From a virus (lineage: Duplodnaviria; Caudoviricetes): DNA of 53,645 bases. Positions 1-10,631 of this stretch are shown here, piece by piece. The stretch lies in the IMG/VR virus record IMGVR_UViG_3300030419_006157, positions 1 through 53,645 of that record; one strand, 5' to 3'. Position 1 is the stretch's first letter. Every line of letters starts with the position of its first letter. A program made the position numbers and the translations under genes. The notes under the pieces were generated by a model. That model was given only the letters and a program-made list of their open reading frames with translations. It made no database searches and was not told the DNA's origin.

Positions 1-72
1 TCTGGTTCTTCTTCTGGCTCTGGTTCTGGTTCTTCTTCTGGCTCTGGTTCTGGTTCTTCTTCGGGTTCTGAA
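1..72. repeat. Coding tandem repeat (Glu/Pro-rich, ~30-bp unit)
   Basis: tctggttcttcttctggctctggttctggt repeated. Confidence 0.7.
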
Positions 73-848
73 TTTTCATCAATGTAACTATCTAGCATAT
101 CTAGGTTGTCCCCCATACCTTGTTCTGCTATCAATGACTTCAAGTCCTCCTCGTTATCTACCTTAGACACAAACCAAAAACTGATCAGATAAGTGAATTT
201 TCTAATTACATTATCTGTAAACTCGTCCTCTTCTTCTACGAGCATATCGTAATATTCTAATTTGTCTTCAATAGAATCCCCCGGAAAAAAAGGAGACTCA
301 CCCCCTCCTTCTTTATCCACTTTGTAAGAAGCGCTTAAAACCCACCAAAGGATAGTCTTATTTCTAGCTCTAACTTCAGCTGTTTGATCAAATAAAGCTT
401 GCTGACTCATTTCGAAACTTGTCAGAGCGCTTCTGGTGTTATCAATAACGTCTTTTAGCTCGTTTAGCTTCTCTTGCTCCTCCTTCGTTACTTTTCCATC
501 GGCATGTAAATCTGCTATTTCTTTTTGTTTATTGTAAAAATCGATATATAATTTCCCATATTTTTCGATTTCATCGTTACTTAAAGCTCCTCCATCGTTA
601 TCGTACCTTTTTTCAAGTAGGGCTTTAGTCAGGAGTCCAGCTTTAATGCCTTCAGATAGCTTTACGGCATAATAGAGGTCAGCATCATCATAAAGTCTTC
701 TATTGGGCTTCCTCATGAAAAATTCATAAGGAACGTCCTTTTCCTCTTCTTTTTCTACGGTTATTTTTTCGCCCTTTTCGTTTTCCGTAGACTCTTTAGT
801 TAATACTTTTTCTTTCTTAACTTCTTTAAAAGTATATAGTTTTTTCAT
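1..848 (-). CDS. Hypothetical protein downstream of tail tube gene (possible tail assembly chaperone); runs off the window edge
   Basis: ATG at 848 overlaps the stop of 845..1078 (ATGA). Open frame MKKLYTFKEV... continues to the window edge and ends in acidic EPEEEPEP repeats. Confidence 0.7.
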   Translation of the reverse strand, partial: MKKLYTFKEVKKEKVLTKESTENEKGEKITVEKEEEKDVPYEFFMRKPNRRLYDDADLYYAVKLSEGIKAGLLTKALLEKRYDNDGGALSNDEIEKYGKLYIDFYNKQKEIADLHADGKVTKEEQEKLNELKDVIDNTRSALTSFEMSQQALFDQTAEVRARNKTILWWVLSASYKVDKEGGGESPFFPGDSIEDKLEYYDMLVEEEDEFTDNVIRKFTYLISFWFVSKVDNEEDLKSLIAEQGMGDNLDMLDSYIDENSEPEEEPEPEPEEEPEPEPEEEP

Positions 849-1078
849 TTGAGCTTTATATCAAACTTATCAAGGTTTTCTTCTATTTCCCGAATTGTAT
901 CATTGCCATAGTCTAGCACTCTTTTTCTGGCTTTTTGGTACACCTCATCAGGTATTTGAAGACCGGAATCTTCTAGGTCTTCAAGGATAAAAAGGAAGTT
1001 TTTATAGAGATTTGTGACTTTCCGCCTTACCTGAAAAGCCATAAAATCCCTAGAATTATTATTGGAGTCATCCAACAC
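845..1078 (-). CDS. Hypothetical phage protein
   Basis: 77-aa ORF coupled to the downstream gene; GTGTAA element at 1104-1109. Confidence 0.7.
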   Translation of the reverse strand: MLDDSNNNSRDFMAFQVRRKVTNLYKNFLFILEDLEDSGLQIPDEVYQKARKRVLDYGNDTIREIEENLDKFDIKLK

Positions 1079-1126
1079 CCTGTATCCTTTTTCCTAAGTA
1101 TTATTACACCATGTTTTCAAAAAATG

Positions 1127-1158
1127 CAAAAAAATAACCCCCCTCCGAAGAGGGGGGC
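1127..1158 (-). terminator. Rho-independent terminator after major tail gene
   Basis: cccccct-ccgaag-agggggg hairpin with A-run on + strand (U-tract on -). Confidence 0.8.
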
Positions 1159-1197
1159 ATGGTTTACATATGTCTTACTACTTAATTAATTTCTCAA

Positions 1198-2559
1198 TTA
1201 CTGCATTGCGCTGGAATCTTGGATGATCGGTTCGAAGTCATCCGCAAAGATACCGCTCATGAACAGTCCTTGTCTAACTTGATTAGGACCGCCAATTTGA
1301 GTTGAGAAGTCAAGAGTCACAGACTTATTAGATCCGATATCGGAACTGAAAGACTGAGCATCGACCTTACAATTCTTTAAGGCGTACTGAGCAAAGATCT
1401 CTTTAGCTACAGCTGAATCACCCGGACAGTTAGTAGGACGCAGCAAGTTAACTGTAATGTCGTAACTGTCATCACAATTAATTACGTCAGACAAACTACC
1501 AGTGGTAAGATCAGCAACAAGAGCATCAATCGAGCAACTGACAGTCATTGGGAAGGTGATCTCGCGAGTAAACGCAAACCTACTTCCAAGTCTGTTAATC
1601 GGTTCTCTGCCCATGTCCAAGTTAATATTGTAACTTTGGATCTTAGCGTGAGCCTTACTGGTCATATCCCCAAGCGTAGCACCCGGAGCATCATAACTAT
1701 TCAAGCCTCCAGCACTAACATCGCTAAGGTGTCCACCTTCAGAGTCAGCCTTCTGGAACTCAAAGGTGATATCTCCCGGACGAAGAGCACTTGTTGCAAG
1801 AATTCCTGTTCCAGCACTACCAGTTGCTACTGGGATACAATACTTGAAGTGATCTAGTCTTGTACCGCTTTCAGGAGAAATAGCTGGGCTACCTCCAGAA
1901 ACGCTATTGTTGAAGGTCATGTTCATACCCTCGACAGAAACAGAACAAGTTGGGAAGTTTCCTACTGAACACTCAGTAGCGTAAGAGGTCAAGAATCCGT
2001 TACCAACTCCAATCACTGAGATTGTGTCGGTTACAGCATTTCCACCTTCGCCAGCAGCCTTGGAAAGATCACCCACTGCGTCTTCGCCTTCAGCTACGGT
2101 TTTGACAAAGTAGTTCTTTTCATCCGAAGCCTTATTCAAAAGACCCGAAATACAAGAAACGCCTTTAGCAACGGTAAACCCTAGATTCGCTTCGTTATCC
2201 ATAGTAGCAAGGATATAAGAAAAGTCTAAAGCAACAGTCGGTGTGTCCATGACCACCCTATCAATCGCCGCTAATTCACCAAATTGGTTAATATCTGTAC
2301 GGGCGATATTGAAAGAATAGTTACAAGTTTGAACTCTATGAAGTTGTTTGATAGCATTCGGGAAAGATTCCGCGCCAGCGGCTCCTCCGTTTGCTCCAGT
2401 AGCAATGCCATTATTGGTCTTGCCCGTGCCAAGATCCTTGGCTCCGTTCCAGCCTTCAACGTGACCGCCAAGGCCATTAGATTTGAAAAATCCGCTTACG
2501 GCTGGAGAAGGACCAACGTAAACGGCTTCTGATTGGTAAATAACTCTATTTCTAGCCAT
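1198..2559 (-). CDS. Putative major tail (tube) protein
   Basis: 453 aa, beta-rich, follows the neck/tail-completion genes; AAGGA SD and own terminator; paralogous to 26118..27422. Confidence 0.65.
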   Translation of the reverse strand: MARNRVIYQSEAVYVGPSPAVSGFFKSNGLGGHVEGWNGAKDLGTGKTNNGIATGANGGAAGAESFPNAIKQLHRVQTCNYSFNIARTDINQFGELAAIDRVVMDTPTVALDFSYILATMDNEANLGFTVAKGVSCISGLLNKASDEKNYFVKTVAEGEDAVGDLSKAAGEGGNAVTDTISVIGVGNGFLTSYATECSVGNFPTCSVSVEGMNMTFNNSVSGGSPAISPESGTRLDHFKYCIPVATGSAGTGILATSALRPGDITFEFQKADSEGGHLSDVSAGGLNSYDAPGATLGDMTSKAHAKIQSYNINLDMGREPINRLGSRFAFTREITFPMTVSCSIDALVADLTTGSLSDVINCDDSYDITVNLLRPTNCPGDSAVAKEIFAQYALKNCKVDAQSFSSDIGSNKSVTLDFSTQIGGPNQVRQGLFMSGIFADDFEPIIQDSSAMQ

Positions 2560-2637
2560 AAGTTTATTCCTTTATAATAATTACATTTTTTTAGGTTAAA
2601 TGAGAAATATTTTCTCCTATTTTTATAAAAAAAACTG

Positions 2638-3567
2638 TTATTGTATATCTTCTCCTTGAGTAGCCTTTCTTGGGTATCTAGGTTTAGATATCTCAAAGTC
2701 TATTACACCATTAAATACGTCTGGGTTCATATTTTCTATCTTCAAATTAACATTTCTACTAAATTTCGCAATATTTACTTCGTCGATAAATACGAACTGA
2801 TCTTCAGACTTTTTACCAGTTATAAGTCCAGTGTATGAATATTTATCGTTATTCTTGTAAGAGCCGAGTGAATTAAACGGCATATCCGTAGTATTAAGCA
2901 AAGTAACATGGGTTCTGGATAAATCTCTAAATATTGAGCAAACCGCATCTAAAGCGTACTGAGAATCTGCCAAAACTACAGCCCTTAAATTAAATGTAGT
3001 TGAGTCATAGCCCCCAAAAGCAAGCGGCTCGTTTCTAGATCCATTATGCCTTAAGAATATAGCAGGATAAGTTATCGCATTGGTAGCTAACCCAGTTTGG
3101 CTTTCTGTAGTTTTTGGCGTTAAATTAAACTTAGTTTCGAATAAAAGTTTCTCTTCGGGCTCATTTGTAAGATAAACATTAAAGTCTTTTACCGCATATT
3201 CCCCGCTTATAGATGTATCTGGGTTTTGAACAGGGTAGGTCATATATACCTGACCTTGGTCGTAATTTATTCCAGATAACCCATTTGTCCCGACAGGAGT
3301 AAAAGTTCCACTCAAATAGACCCCTGTAGGAACATTTACAGTTTTAGATGAAGCTTTATTCGGGTATGCATTTCCAGTTCCAGTTACTGAAAAATCCGCC
3401 ACAAACTGCTTAAAAGGAGCCCCATATGTATAATAGCCATTAATTAAATTATCTACGGGATAAAAAGCGCCAGAGGTGTTTGTAAATGCTTCTCCACGCC
3501 TCACAAGATTATGGTCAAACCATAACAAAAAGCTAGACATCAATCTGTTGTCAAATTGCGGAAGCAT
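2638..3567 (-). CDS. Putative tail terminator/completion protein
   Basis: 309 aa; YPAIFL motif; syntenic position before the tail tube gene. Confidence 0.5.
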   Translation of the reverse strand: MLPQFDNRLMSSFLLWFDHNLVRRGEAFTNTSGAFYPVDNLINGYYTYGAPFKQFVADFSVTGTGNAYPNKASSKTVNVPTGVYLSGTFTPVGTNGLSGINYDQGQVYMTYPVQNPDTSISGEYAVKDFNVYLTNEPEEKLLFETKFNLTPKTTESQTGLATNAITYPAIFLRHNGSRNEPLAFGGYDSTTFNLRAVVLADSQYALDAVCSIFRDLSRTHVTLLNTTDMPFNSLGSYKNNDKYSYTGLITGKKSEDQFVFIDEVNIAKFSRNVNLKIENMNPDVFNGVIDFEISKPRYPRKATQGEDIQ

Positions 3568-3568
3568 T

Positions 3569-4282
3569 TTAGACTCGTCCTAATTTACCTCTAGTGTCCG
3601 CAGGAGTCGAAGTTCCCGACTTACCACCTGCTAAATCCCGACTAAATTCATTATACAATGCACTAATATAACTAACTGGCCTATAACCGCCACTCCTTAA
3701 TGAGTTTTTAACCTGTACGGCAGTTCCAGATCTGCTGTTTTTAAAATTCTCATCTTCTACGTATAAATATGCTCCTAACCCTGAAATTCCGCTTTCTATA
3801 CCTTTTAGCCAGCTTTTCCCCATCCAAGGAACAGTCGATCTTGTGCTACTAAAAAGTTTACTCTTGGACATACCTACAACTTTCCAAGAGAATTCAAATC
3901 CTATGCGATCTCTCCCCTTCCCTACATTGCCCGTTTTTCTTACTCGTTTATGTGAACTCAAACGATGCTGATCAATCAGCGCCAAAACCTCACCTATAGG
4001 ATCACTCCCATCCTCAAAACCTATATAAGAAAATAAATTCCCATAACCACCTAAAGTGCCTGAAAGATTTTGCTCTTCCGGCCCTCCATCTATCTCTTGT
4101 GAAACAGGATGGTTTAATAGATTATTTTTAAATCTTCTTAGAGCTTGATTCAACTTAACTACAGCCTTGTCTCGAATCCTTTTCTCGGTTCTGCTGCTTA
4201 AATTGCCCCTTTTAGTAATCGCTTTAGACACGGCGGTTTGAAGAACAATTTTATTCCACTTTATTTTTCCTGATATTGGCAT
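3569..4282 (-). CDS. Putative neck/tail-completion protein (basic)
   Basis: Start moved to MPISGK (ATG 4282), directly after the upstream stop; synteny. Confidence 0.5.
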   Translation of the reverse strand: MPISGKIKWNKIVLQTAVSKAITKRGNLSSRTEKRIRDKAVVKLNQALRRFKNNLLNHPVSQEIDGGPEEQNLSGTLGGYGNLFSYIGFEDGSDPIGEVLALIDQHRLSSHKRVRKTGNVGKGRDRIGFEFSWKVVGMSKSKLFSSTRSTVPWMGKSWLKGIESGISGLGAYLYVEDENFKNSRSGTAVQVKNSLRSGGYRPVSYISALYNEFSRDLAGGKSGTSTPADTRGKLGRV

Positions 4283-4283
4283 T

Positions 4284-4730
4284 TTAGTTGGTATATTTAA
4301 GGTGGAATACGTAAAGCTTAACCCCAAAGAAATATTTTACAGATTCTTCTGTCATTAGTTGAAAGTCCTTTCCATCAACTACTATCTTTTCCGTTTTTCC
4401 GTTTTTAATGTAGTCTTTGCAATCTTCTTGGACCTTAATTCTTATGTCTCCGGCGAAATATCTAATTTGGGTCCCTACGTCTGACATCTCATCAGAGAAT
4501 TGCTCATCTTTATATTTAATCATGCCAGAGAAAGATTTATATACTGGCTCATAAGTATAATTAGCTTGCTGCGCTGAAGTCCCATACCCATACAAGAAAT
4601 CTGTGTTTATTTGAGATATTACTTTTTTAGACTCCTTATGAACAACGAAGTCCCTTTTGAAAGTATCAAATAGGTTTATGAAGTCGCCTGTAAAAGCGTT
4701 AACTTCTGTGGCTGAAACTAAACTCGCCAT
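4284..4730 (-). CDS. Putative head-closure (stopper) protein
   Basis: 148 aa; beta-rich C-terminus (KIVVDGKDFQL); synteny. Confidence 0.5.
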   Translation of the reverse strand: MASLVSATEVNAFTGDFINLFDTFKRDFVVHKESKKVISQINTDFLYGYGTSAQQANYTYEPVYKSFSGMIKYKDEQFSDEMSDVGTQIRYFAGDIRIKVQEDCKDYIKNGKTEKIVVDGKDFQLMTEESVKYFFGVKLYVFHLKYTN

Positions 4731-4732
4731 AA

Positions 4733-5221
4733 TTAAACCCTATTATAATCTCTGTTTGGTCTGTATACAGCAGCAACAGTATCATCCCCGGCAACTTGAA
4801 GGGGCTTAGTACCTCTTCTAACATATGCGGTAATCAATTTATAAAGCTCCTCATGATAAACGTTCCTCATCTGAAGATAGGTTTTTGATTGTTCGTTTTT
4901 ATTTATTTTCCTGATCGAAGAACCATCTGAAGACAAAGCGATAACAGCGTCTGTGGTGGCGGCGTTAATGGTATCTCTCAGTTTCCCATCAAAATGATGC
5001 ACCATATACATTTTTTTCATAATCACTACTTCTTCTGGCGCTATTTCTCGCGTCCCTTCTTCGATCTCAAAAGTGGAAGAATTTACATCAAAATCAGTAT
5101 TTAGATGATTATTTAAGGCTCCAATATTAGTCCTAACATAAAAAGCAATAGCGGGAATACTAAGATCCGAAGGAGCCCCCAACTCTCTATGGATTTCATC
5201 AGCTATATCGACTATTTTCAT
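4733..5221 (-). CDS. Putative head-tail adaptor protein
   Basis: 162 aa, helical; first gene of the neck operon; GTGTAA element 8 nt upstream. Confidence 0.5.
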   Translation of the reverse strand: MKIVDIADEIHRELGAPSDLSIPAIAFYVRTNIGALNNHLNTDFDVNSSTFEIEEGTREIAPEEVVIMKKMYMVHHFDGKLRDTINAATTDAVIALSSDGSSIRKINKNEQSKTYLQMRNVYHEELYKLITAYVRRGTKPLQVAGDDTVAAVYRPNRDYNRV

Positions 5222-5241
5222 AATAATATTTACACGCGATT

Positions 5242-5472
5242 CTACATTATTTGAGTATAGAATGGATATTTCCCATCAGGTATAGTAAGTCCGGGGGTAT
5301 TTAGCGACCTTTGAGTAGATAATTCAGCATCTATTTGAAGTCGCCGTCTTCTTTTTCTTCCGTCTGGGCCTAAAGGCCATCCCGGATCTGGAAGACTACT
5401 CAAAGAATTTATATCTTTGATCCTAGGGAAAGCATTTATATCTGTATATGGTAAGTTGCTAGTTCCAATCAT
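5242..5472 (-). CDS. Small hypothetical protein
   Basis: 76-aa ORF with GTGTAA element 8 nt upstream of ATG. Confidence 0.55.
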   Translation of the reverse strand: MIGTSNLPYTDINAFPRIKDINSLSSLPDPGWPLGPDGRKRRRRLQIDAELSTQRSLNTPGLTIPDGKYPFYTQIM

Positions 5473-5494
5473 AAATGTTTTTACACTTTTCCTA

Positions 5495-6208
5495 TTATTT
5501 TTTACTTACGAAAAATATAGTGTCGAATTTCTCTTCTTGAACTAATCGTTTACCCAAGAATTTCTCTAGTCTAGGCACAAAGGTATTGGCATGTCTTTGA
5601 CATTCTGGGGGTATCGACTGGTGGGAGAATATCTCATTTACGTTAAACTTTTTGGACCCATCTGCAATCATCCTAAATTCTTCTGGGCTAAATTCTCTTA
5701 CGTGTCCATCTCTATTAATTCTTGGCGAGCCGCATTGAGGAACATCACCATGTAATATTTTCCTAAAGGCGAAAGGGCATACTCTATTTCTTGTAGTCAC
5801 ATAAAAAGTACCATTAGGCTTTAAAACTCTATGAGACTCATACCAAAAATTTAGAACCCCTTTCCAAGATAATTGGCCAGTATTATCTATTATCCATAAA
5901 TGCTCTATTGTTTCCCAACTAATTACCAAATCAAAAGAGTCATTCCTGAAAGGAAGTAAGTTCCACCTCATGTCTAAGTTGCTACTATTAACGCAATGAT
6001 ATTCTACGTCGCACTCAGACTTTATGTACTCCTCAAAGGAATAGCCATGACCTGACCCCTCCAAAGAACCACCTATATCTAATATTTTTTCCCCTCCTTT
6101 TATTATTTTTTTTAAGTATTTTACAGCATTAAATATTCTTCTTTTCCCATGATAGACATAACTAAATTTAAGAGAATCTTCCTTGAGTTTTTTAGCTAGG
6201 TTTTTCAT
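5495..6208 (-). CDS. Class I SAM-dependent methyltransferase
   Basis: ILDIGG motif I, LPFRNDSFDLVISWETIEHL, RVLKPNG. Confidence 0.85.
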   Translation of the reverse strand: MKNLAKKLKEDSLKFSYVYHGKRRIFNAVKYLKKIIKGGEKILDIGGSLEGSGHGYSFEEYIKSECDVEYHCVNSSNLDMRWNLLPFRNDSFDLVISWETIEHLWIIDNTGQLSWKGVLNFWYESHRVLKPNGTFYVTTRNRVCPFAFRKILHGDVPQCGSPRINRDGHVREFSPEEFRMIADGSKKFNVNEIFSHQSIPPECQRHANTFVPRLEKFLGKRLVQEEKFDTIFFVSKK

Positions 6209-6873
6209 ATGAAAAGAGAATACTTTTCGAAATCTGGATCATTAAATAATCTTTCTTCTGTTTTTTCATGTATCCGATCATTTTCCCTGAACCACCTAAA
6301 CCCCTTATTGCTGCTTGCGTTTTGTTTTTCGATTGGAGTGTAGCCAATGCCTAACTCAGATCTTATAAAATCTTGCAAGTTAGAATGATTAAATTCTCTA
6401 ACGTCTTTTACTTCGTTAATATAATCCGGTAGGACCCAGAGATTTCTCAATGCTGTATCTATACATCGATGAATAAACACATCCATGTCCCACTCATGAG
6501 AATCTACCATAAGTGGGTTTTTCCCCGTCTCTAAGTGAACCTGTTTCGACCAACAATACAAAGAGCAAATAAGATCTTCAGGTTTCCTTATGAAGGTGAA
6601 AGTCGTCCATCCTTTTTCATTAAATTCGGATATAGTGCTCTTTGACCAAGCTATATGGTGATTATGTACGTAAGCTGGGCCTTCATCATTAGAAATTTCC
6701 GACAATTCTTCTTTAGTCCAATCTCTGCCTTTGTAAGTTTCAGGTAATCTTTTGACCCAAGAATTATAAATTTTGTAATCAGAATTATAGAAGGCCTTGG
6801 TTTCTAACCAGCGAGAGACATACGAGCCAGCGCACTTACCGAAATGGACAAAAGCTAATTTACTTTTTTTCAT
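6205..6873 (-). CDS. Sulfotransferase-family protein
   Basis: FVHFGKCAGS (5'-PSB-like) and TFIRKP...SLY (3'-PB-like) motifs. Confidence 0.7.
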   Translation of the reverse strand: MKKSKLAFVHFGKCAGSYVSRWLETKAFYNSDYKIYNSWVKRLPETYKGRDWTKEELSEISNDEGPAYVHNHHIAWSKSTISEFNEKGWTTFTFIRKPEDLICSLYCWSKQVHLETGKNPLMVDSHEWDMDVFIHRCIDTALRNLWVLPDYINEVKDVREFNHSNLQDFIRSELGIGYTPIEKQNASSNKGFRWFRENDRIHEKTEERLFNDPDFEKYSLFI

Positions 6874-8107
6874 TCATTAAAAAATTTATTTTATCTTTTA
6901 GGTAAAGAATTTCTTCTCTGTTTAAATTATCGTCTAAAAATTTATAAAATACATCTTTTATTTTTTGGTTCATGGTTATTATTCCCTGCCCAGCATTTTT
7001 AGATTTATAAATCCCATCGGTTAGATGAAGGTGAAAACTCTTCATGTCTTTGGGTATGTTAAAATTGTTTCTCCAAAATCCCCAATTATGTCTCCTATCA
7101 AAAATTCCCGTATCAAAAGCCTCATCTATATAGTTCATGCACTCCTGCTCATAAAATTTGGACCTAGTAAGATATAACTCCTTCCAATAATCTGGAAATG
7201 TATTATCGGCGCAAAATAAATATCCAGCATTAAAAAATCCATATTTCAGGCTATTTTGAGTGTTTTTTATACAATGATAATGAGGAGATAAAATGATTTC
7301 CTTGTTAAGGTTCTGATCGATTTTATCTACTAGGATTATATCGCAATCCAAGAAAAAAGTATTTCTATGATGACTCAAGGCAAAATCCATAGCTGCCATT
7401 TTCTGGAAAATGCATTCAACCCTATGGGGAGACTTAATCTCAGAGTAAAGCGTTTGAAAATGCTTCGACTTAACTTCTTTTAGTATATCCTCTTCAGCGT
7501 CTAATTTAAAAATTAAATTCTTAAGCTCTAATGAGTCAAAATATCTTTTAGTTTCCGTATCGCATATAACGTAAATTGGTAAGTCGTAAAAAAGATTAAC
7601 GCTTTCAATAAAAACTGCGCCCTCTCTCATTAACTCTTTAGTACATACGAAAGAAAAACTTTCTAAGTCTATATTTTCGGAATCACATTCCTGAGTTATG
7701 CAGATTTGAGACTCAAATTCATAATCATATTGAGACGATATTTTTTCTAACGAAGATTTAGCCAATATAGGGTCATAGCCTTGAGCCATTTTTAAAGGGG
7801 CGAATATAGAAGCGGAACAATAAATTCCATAATGTTCAATTATATCGAAAGACTTGTCTTCCTTGCTTATATCAGCAATCCAGAAAGCCCACTTCCTATT
7901 CTCCATTTTGTTTTCTATAGAGTTTAGGAGTTCGGACAAACCCTCAACAGTCTTTACTACTAGCAAAACAGAGATCGAATCGGGTGCAGTGCTAATCGTC
8001 CCCAAAGCGTTCTCTAGTATTTGGCTATTCTTAGGCTCATAAAGGTCATCTCTAATTTTTCGAAGACCTATTTTTTTCCCCTTGTATTGAAGTGTTATGC
8101 TCTCCAT
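6860..8107 (-). CDS. Putative glycosyltransferase (GT-A fold C-terminal domain)
   Basis: FFLDCDII DxD motif, FNAGYLF, FYEQ. Confidence 0.65.
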   Translation of the reverse strand: MESITLQYKGKKIGLRKIRDDLYEPKNSQILENALGTISTAPDSISVLLVVKTVEGLSELLNSIENKMENRKWAFWIADISKEDKSFDIIEHYGIYCSASIFAPLKMAQGYDPILAKSSLEKISSQYDYEFESQICITQECDSENIDLESFSFVCTKELMREGAVFIESVNLFYDLPIYVICDTETKRYFDSLELKNLIFKLDAEEDILKEVKSKHFQTLYSEIKSPHRVECIFQKMAAMDFALSHHRNTFFLDCDIILVDKIDQNLNKEIILSPHYHCIKNTQNSLKYGFFNAGYLFCADNTFPDYWKELYLTRSKFYEQECMNYIDEAFDTGIFDRRHNWGFWRNNFNIPKDMKSFHLHLTDGIYKSKNAGQGIITMNQKIKDVFYKFLDDNLNREEILYLKDKINFLMNEKK

Positions 8108-8334
8108 TCCTCTGAACTTAAGATGCTTAATATTTCTGATTGGGTGTATTCCGGTAAACCAATGTCATCCTCCGTAATTTTAAACACAAAGTCTGGCTGG
8201 TCCCCAAAGTATTTTATAACAACTTTCTCTTTATCTGGAGAATACCTCAATGTGGAATGGGAAGATTGCAGGACCTGATCAAAGTCTATCAAGTAAACAT
8301 CGTCGGAATTAATTATGCAATATTTAGTTTCCAT
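8095..8334 (-). CDS. Conserved phage hypothetical protein
   Basis: Start at METKYC (8334), just after the upstream stop; IDFDQVLQSS..TLRYS motif of a type common in aquatic phages. Confidence 0.65.
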   Translation of the reverse strand: METKYCIINSDDVYLIDFDQVLQSSHSTLRYSPDKEKVVIKYFGDQPDFVFKITEDDIGLPEYTQSEILSILSSEEWRA

Positions 8335-8335
8335 T

Positions 8336-10132
8336 TTACGCAGTACATGTCGCTTGTGTGCTATTAGCCGCTTGGTTCCCAACGTATTCAGTATCTCCAA
8401 TCATTGGTATAAAGGCAATATGAAAAGTTCTTGGGTCACAATTAGACGTAGTCGCAAGCTGTAAATTATCAGCGCCACAAGGACCTTCGGAAAAATCACT
8501 GCTTTTAAATAAGCCTTCAGCGTTCAAAAAAATGAAGCCATGAGTATTAATCGAAGGAGTCCCTCCGGTTGAAGCTATAGTTACTTTTAGTTTGTCGTAT
8601 GCAATAAGATCAGTTTCTCCAAAAACGCCTCTAGCCTTATAAAGCCAAGCCGTACTCATACTAGCGCAAACTGCTCCCAAGCTTGCACTAGCCGCTGCAC
8701 TTGCAGCGCCCATTACATGAACTATTTCATAATTAGCTGGATCTAATACATAAAATTCCCTAAGTAGTTCAAAGTTTTTTCTGATTTCAGACAGTTTAAG
8801 GGCTCGCTCATATACTATTAAATGCCCAACCTTAACATTCGAATCTGTCGCGGATGCAGCTATACTTTTGCCTAGTGTTATGGCGCAACTTTTTACACCT
8901 ACGTCACTACCATCCATGTAATACATTTGACTAACAAGACTTTGATTTATTGAGTATGAGGCAGAATCCACAGTATCACTAGGATTAGTGAATCTAAATC
9001 CATCGTATTGTTTATTTGTGTATGCGTTTATATGAGAGCCAAAAGCATTTAACTTAGGGTGAATTGTCATAGAAAACATATTCCAATGGTTAGTTTCCAA
9101 TTCAACATTAAGAGCTATTTTACCAGTTTTACCCGGAACTAAAACGTAAAAACGAGAAGCACCATTTTCAACTATAACACCAAACTCTATGTAGAATCGC
9201 TCTGATAGACCCTCTCCGGGCGCTTTTATATTTCCTATAGGATAAGAAGTATTACCTGTTTTTTTAGGAACATAAACCCATTGAGATACGGTGGTTGGCT
9301 TTTGCATGTTGATCGTAAAAGCAGACCCACCATAACCAGCACTTTGAGCCCCTATTTCATCATCAACCCCATCAAAACCAAAACACCTAACTGCTCTTCC
9401 GTACAGATTAACTGGACTTGCCATCCCAATATAGTTGTCTTCTATGCCATTATTGAGAAAAAGGTCTTTTGTGTTTCCAACATTTGTATCGTTTTCCCAT
9501 TTTAAATTTCCACTAGTTGTATCAACAGCGCCTATATCATCTGGATCAAACAGTCCTATCATATCAGGTGTATCATCTGAAGAGCCAAAGGTTAAAGACC
9601 CAGCAGAAGAAGGCGTTGGGGCAGAACCACTATAAATGACTTCCCCATCAGTAAAGTAAGTAGCTTGACCAGCAGAAAAACCATATATGAATGAACCATC
9701 TGAATTGAGAAAGGTAAGACCTATATCGCTTTCAGTGCCTACATCTGTACCGTCGTCTCCTCTAACATAGACAAGCGAGATTGACCCTGTGGCTTCTGTA
9801 GATATAGTATAGGTTTCGCTAAGGTGATCGTTATAAAAATCACTCCAAGTAACCCATACTTTGTCAGAAGCACCTTGGACAGTCATTAAATTGTTGCCTT
9901 CGTAAACCTCTACGTAAGGATGATTATAATACTCATCTCCCCAACCATCTCCCATCACATCAGTAACCTGTATGGTCATTTCCTCGGCGGAACTAGGAGT
10001 AGGGTAAGACACTAGGCCACTGGTAGGGTGTTGATTAGCGCCATTTTGATCCCTATAGAGCTTATGTTGGCTAGAAAACGTCTTGCCAATTGTAGCAACT
10101 TTAGGGCAGCTATGTATTCCAATAAAATCCAT
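8336..10132 (-). CDS. LamG/concanavalin-like domain virion protein (candidate receptor-binding protein)
   Basis: FGFDGVDD ... TVSQWV ... WNMFSMT ... IVYERALKLSEIRKNF signature. Confidence 0.7.
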   Translation of the reverse strand: MDFIGIHSCPKVATIGKTFSSQHKLYRDQNGANQHPTSGLVSYPTPSSAEEMTIQVTDVMGDGWGDEYYNHPYVEVYEGNNLMTVQGASDKVWVTWSDFYNDHLSETYTISTEATGSISLVYVRGDDGTDVGTESDIGLTFLNSDGSFIYGFSAGQATYFTDGEVIYSGSAPTPSSAGSLTFGSSDDTPDMIGLFDPDDIGAVDTTSGNLKWENDTNVGNTKDLFLNNGIEDNYIGMASPVNLYGRAVRCFGFDGVDDEIGAQSAGYGGSAFTINMQKPTTVSQWVYVPKKTGNTSYPIGNIKAPGEGLSERFYIEFGVIVENGASRFYVLVPGKTGKIALNVELETNHWNMFSMTIHPKLNAFGSHINAYTNKQYDGFRFTNPSDTVDSASYSINQSLVSQMYYMDGSDVGVKSCAITLGKSIAASATDSNVKVGHLIVYERALKLSEIRKNFELLREFYVLDPANYEIVHVMGAASAAASASLGAVCASMSTAWLYKARGVFGETDLIAYDKLKVTIASTGGTPSINTHGFIFLNAEGLFKSSDFSEGPCGADNLQLATTSNCDPRTFHIAFIPMIGDTEYVGNQAANSTQATCTA

Positions 10133-10611
10133 TAATCCTCCGCAGCATAAGCGGCAGTTAATTGCCCTGTGACTTGACTTCCACCCGCATAAGAAACTAA
10201 AGATAGCAAAGCTTGACTACCTGATTCAATCGCCCCCGGAGATCCCCCAATCCATTTTATGCCGTTATCCCAAAAAAGATTATAACCAGTTCCATTTGAA
10301 TTATTAATTAATTTAATTGTAGAAGTTTTCCCTTCTCCCATATTAGAAAAAGTAAAACCTGAAATATTTCCCGTGACTTCTAACGTGCAAAATGTTTGCC
10401 TCATATCCCCAGTAAAGGGTCCACCAAGTGAATTAGCTCCTGAAACAATTGGCGCTCTTCCATAATCGTGTAGGCCAGTATAGCCTCCCGCAGAGACTAC
10501 ATTTCCATATTCAAGTCCATCTCCTGCACTATTTACAATAATCGATTGAGCAGGTTCTGCGCCCGATACGCTAACTCGATCAATCATTATTTGTTTTAAT
10601 TTATCATCCAT
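10132..10611 (-). CDS. Fibre-associated adaptor protein
   Basis: C-terminal ~90 aa resemble the C-terminus of the 1986-aa fibre. Confidence 0.6.
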   Translation of the reverse strand: MDDKLKQIMIDRVSVSGAEPAQSIIVNSAGDGLEYGNVVSAGGYTGLHDYGRAPIVSGANSLGGPFTGDMRQTFCTLEVTGNISGFTFSNMGEGKTSTIKLINNSNGTGYNLFWDNGIKWIGGSPGAIESGSQALLSLVSYAGGSQVTGQLTAAYAAED

Positions 10612-10631
10612 TTTTAATCCTTATTTAAATT

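Noticed and set aside
845-870. Programmed frameshift of tail chaperone (G/GT type)
   Set aside because: No clear slippery heptamer; a simple ATGA overlap explains the coupling
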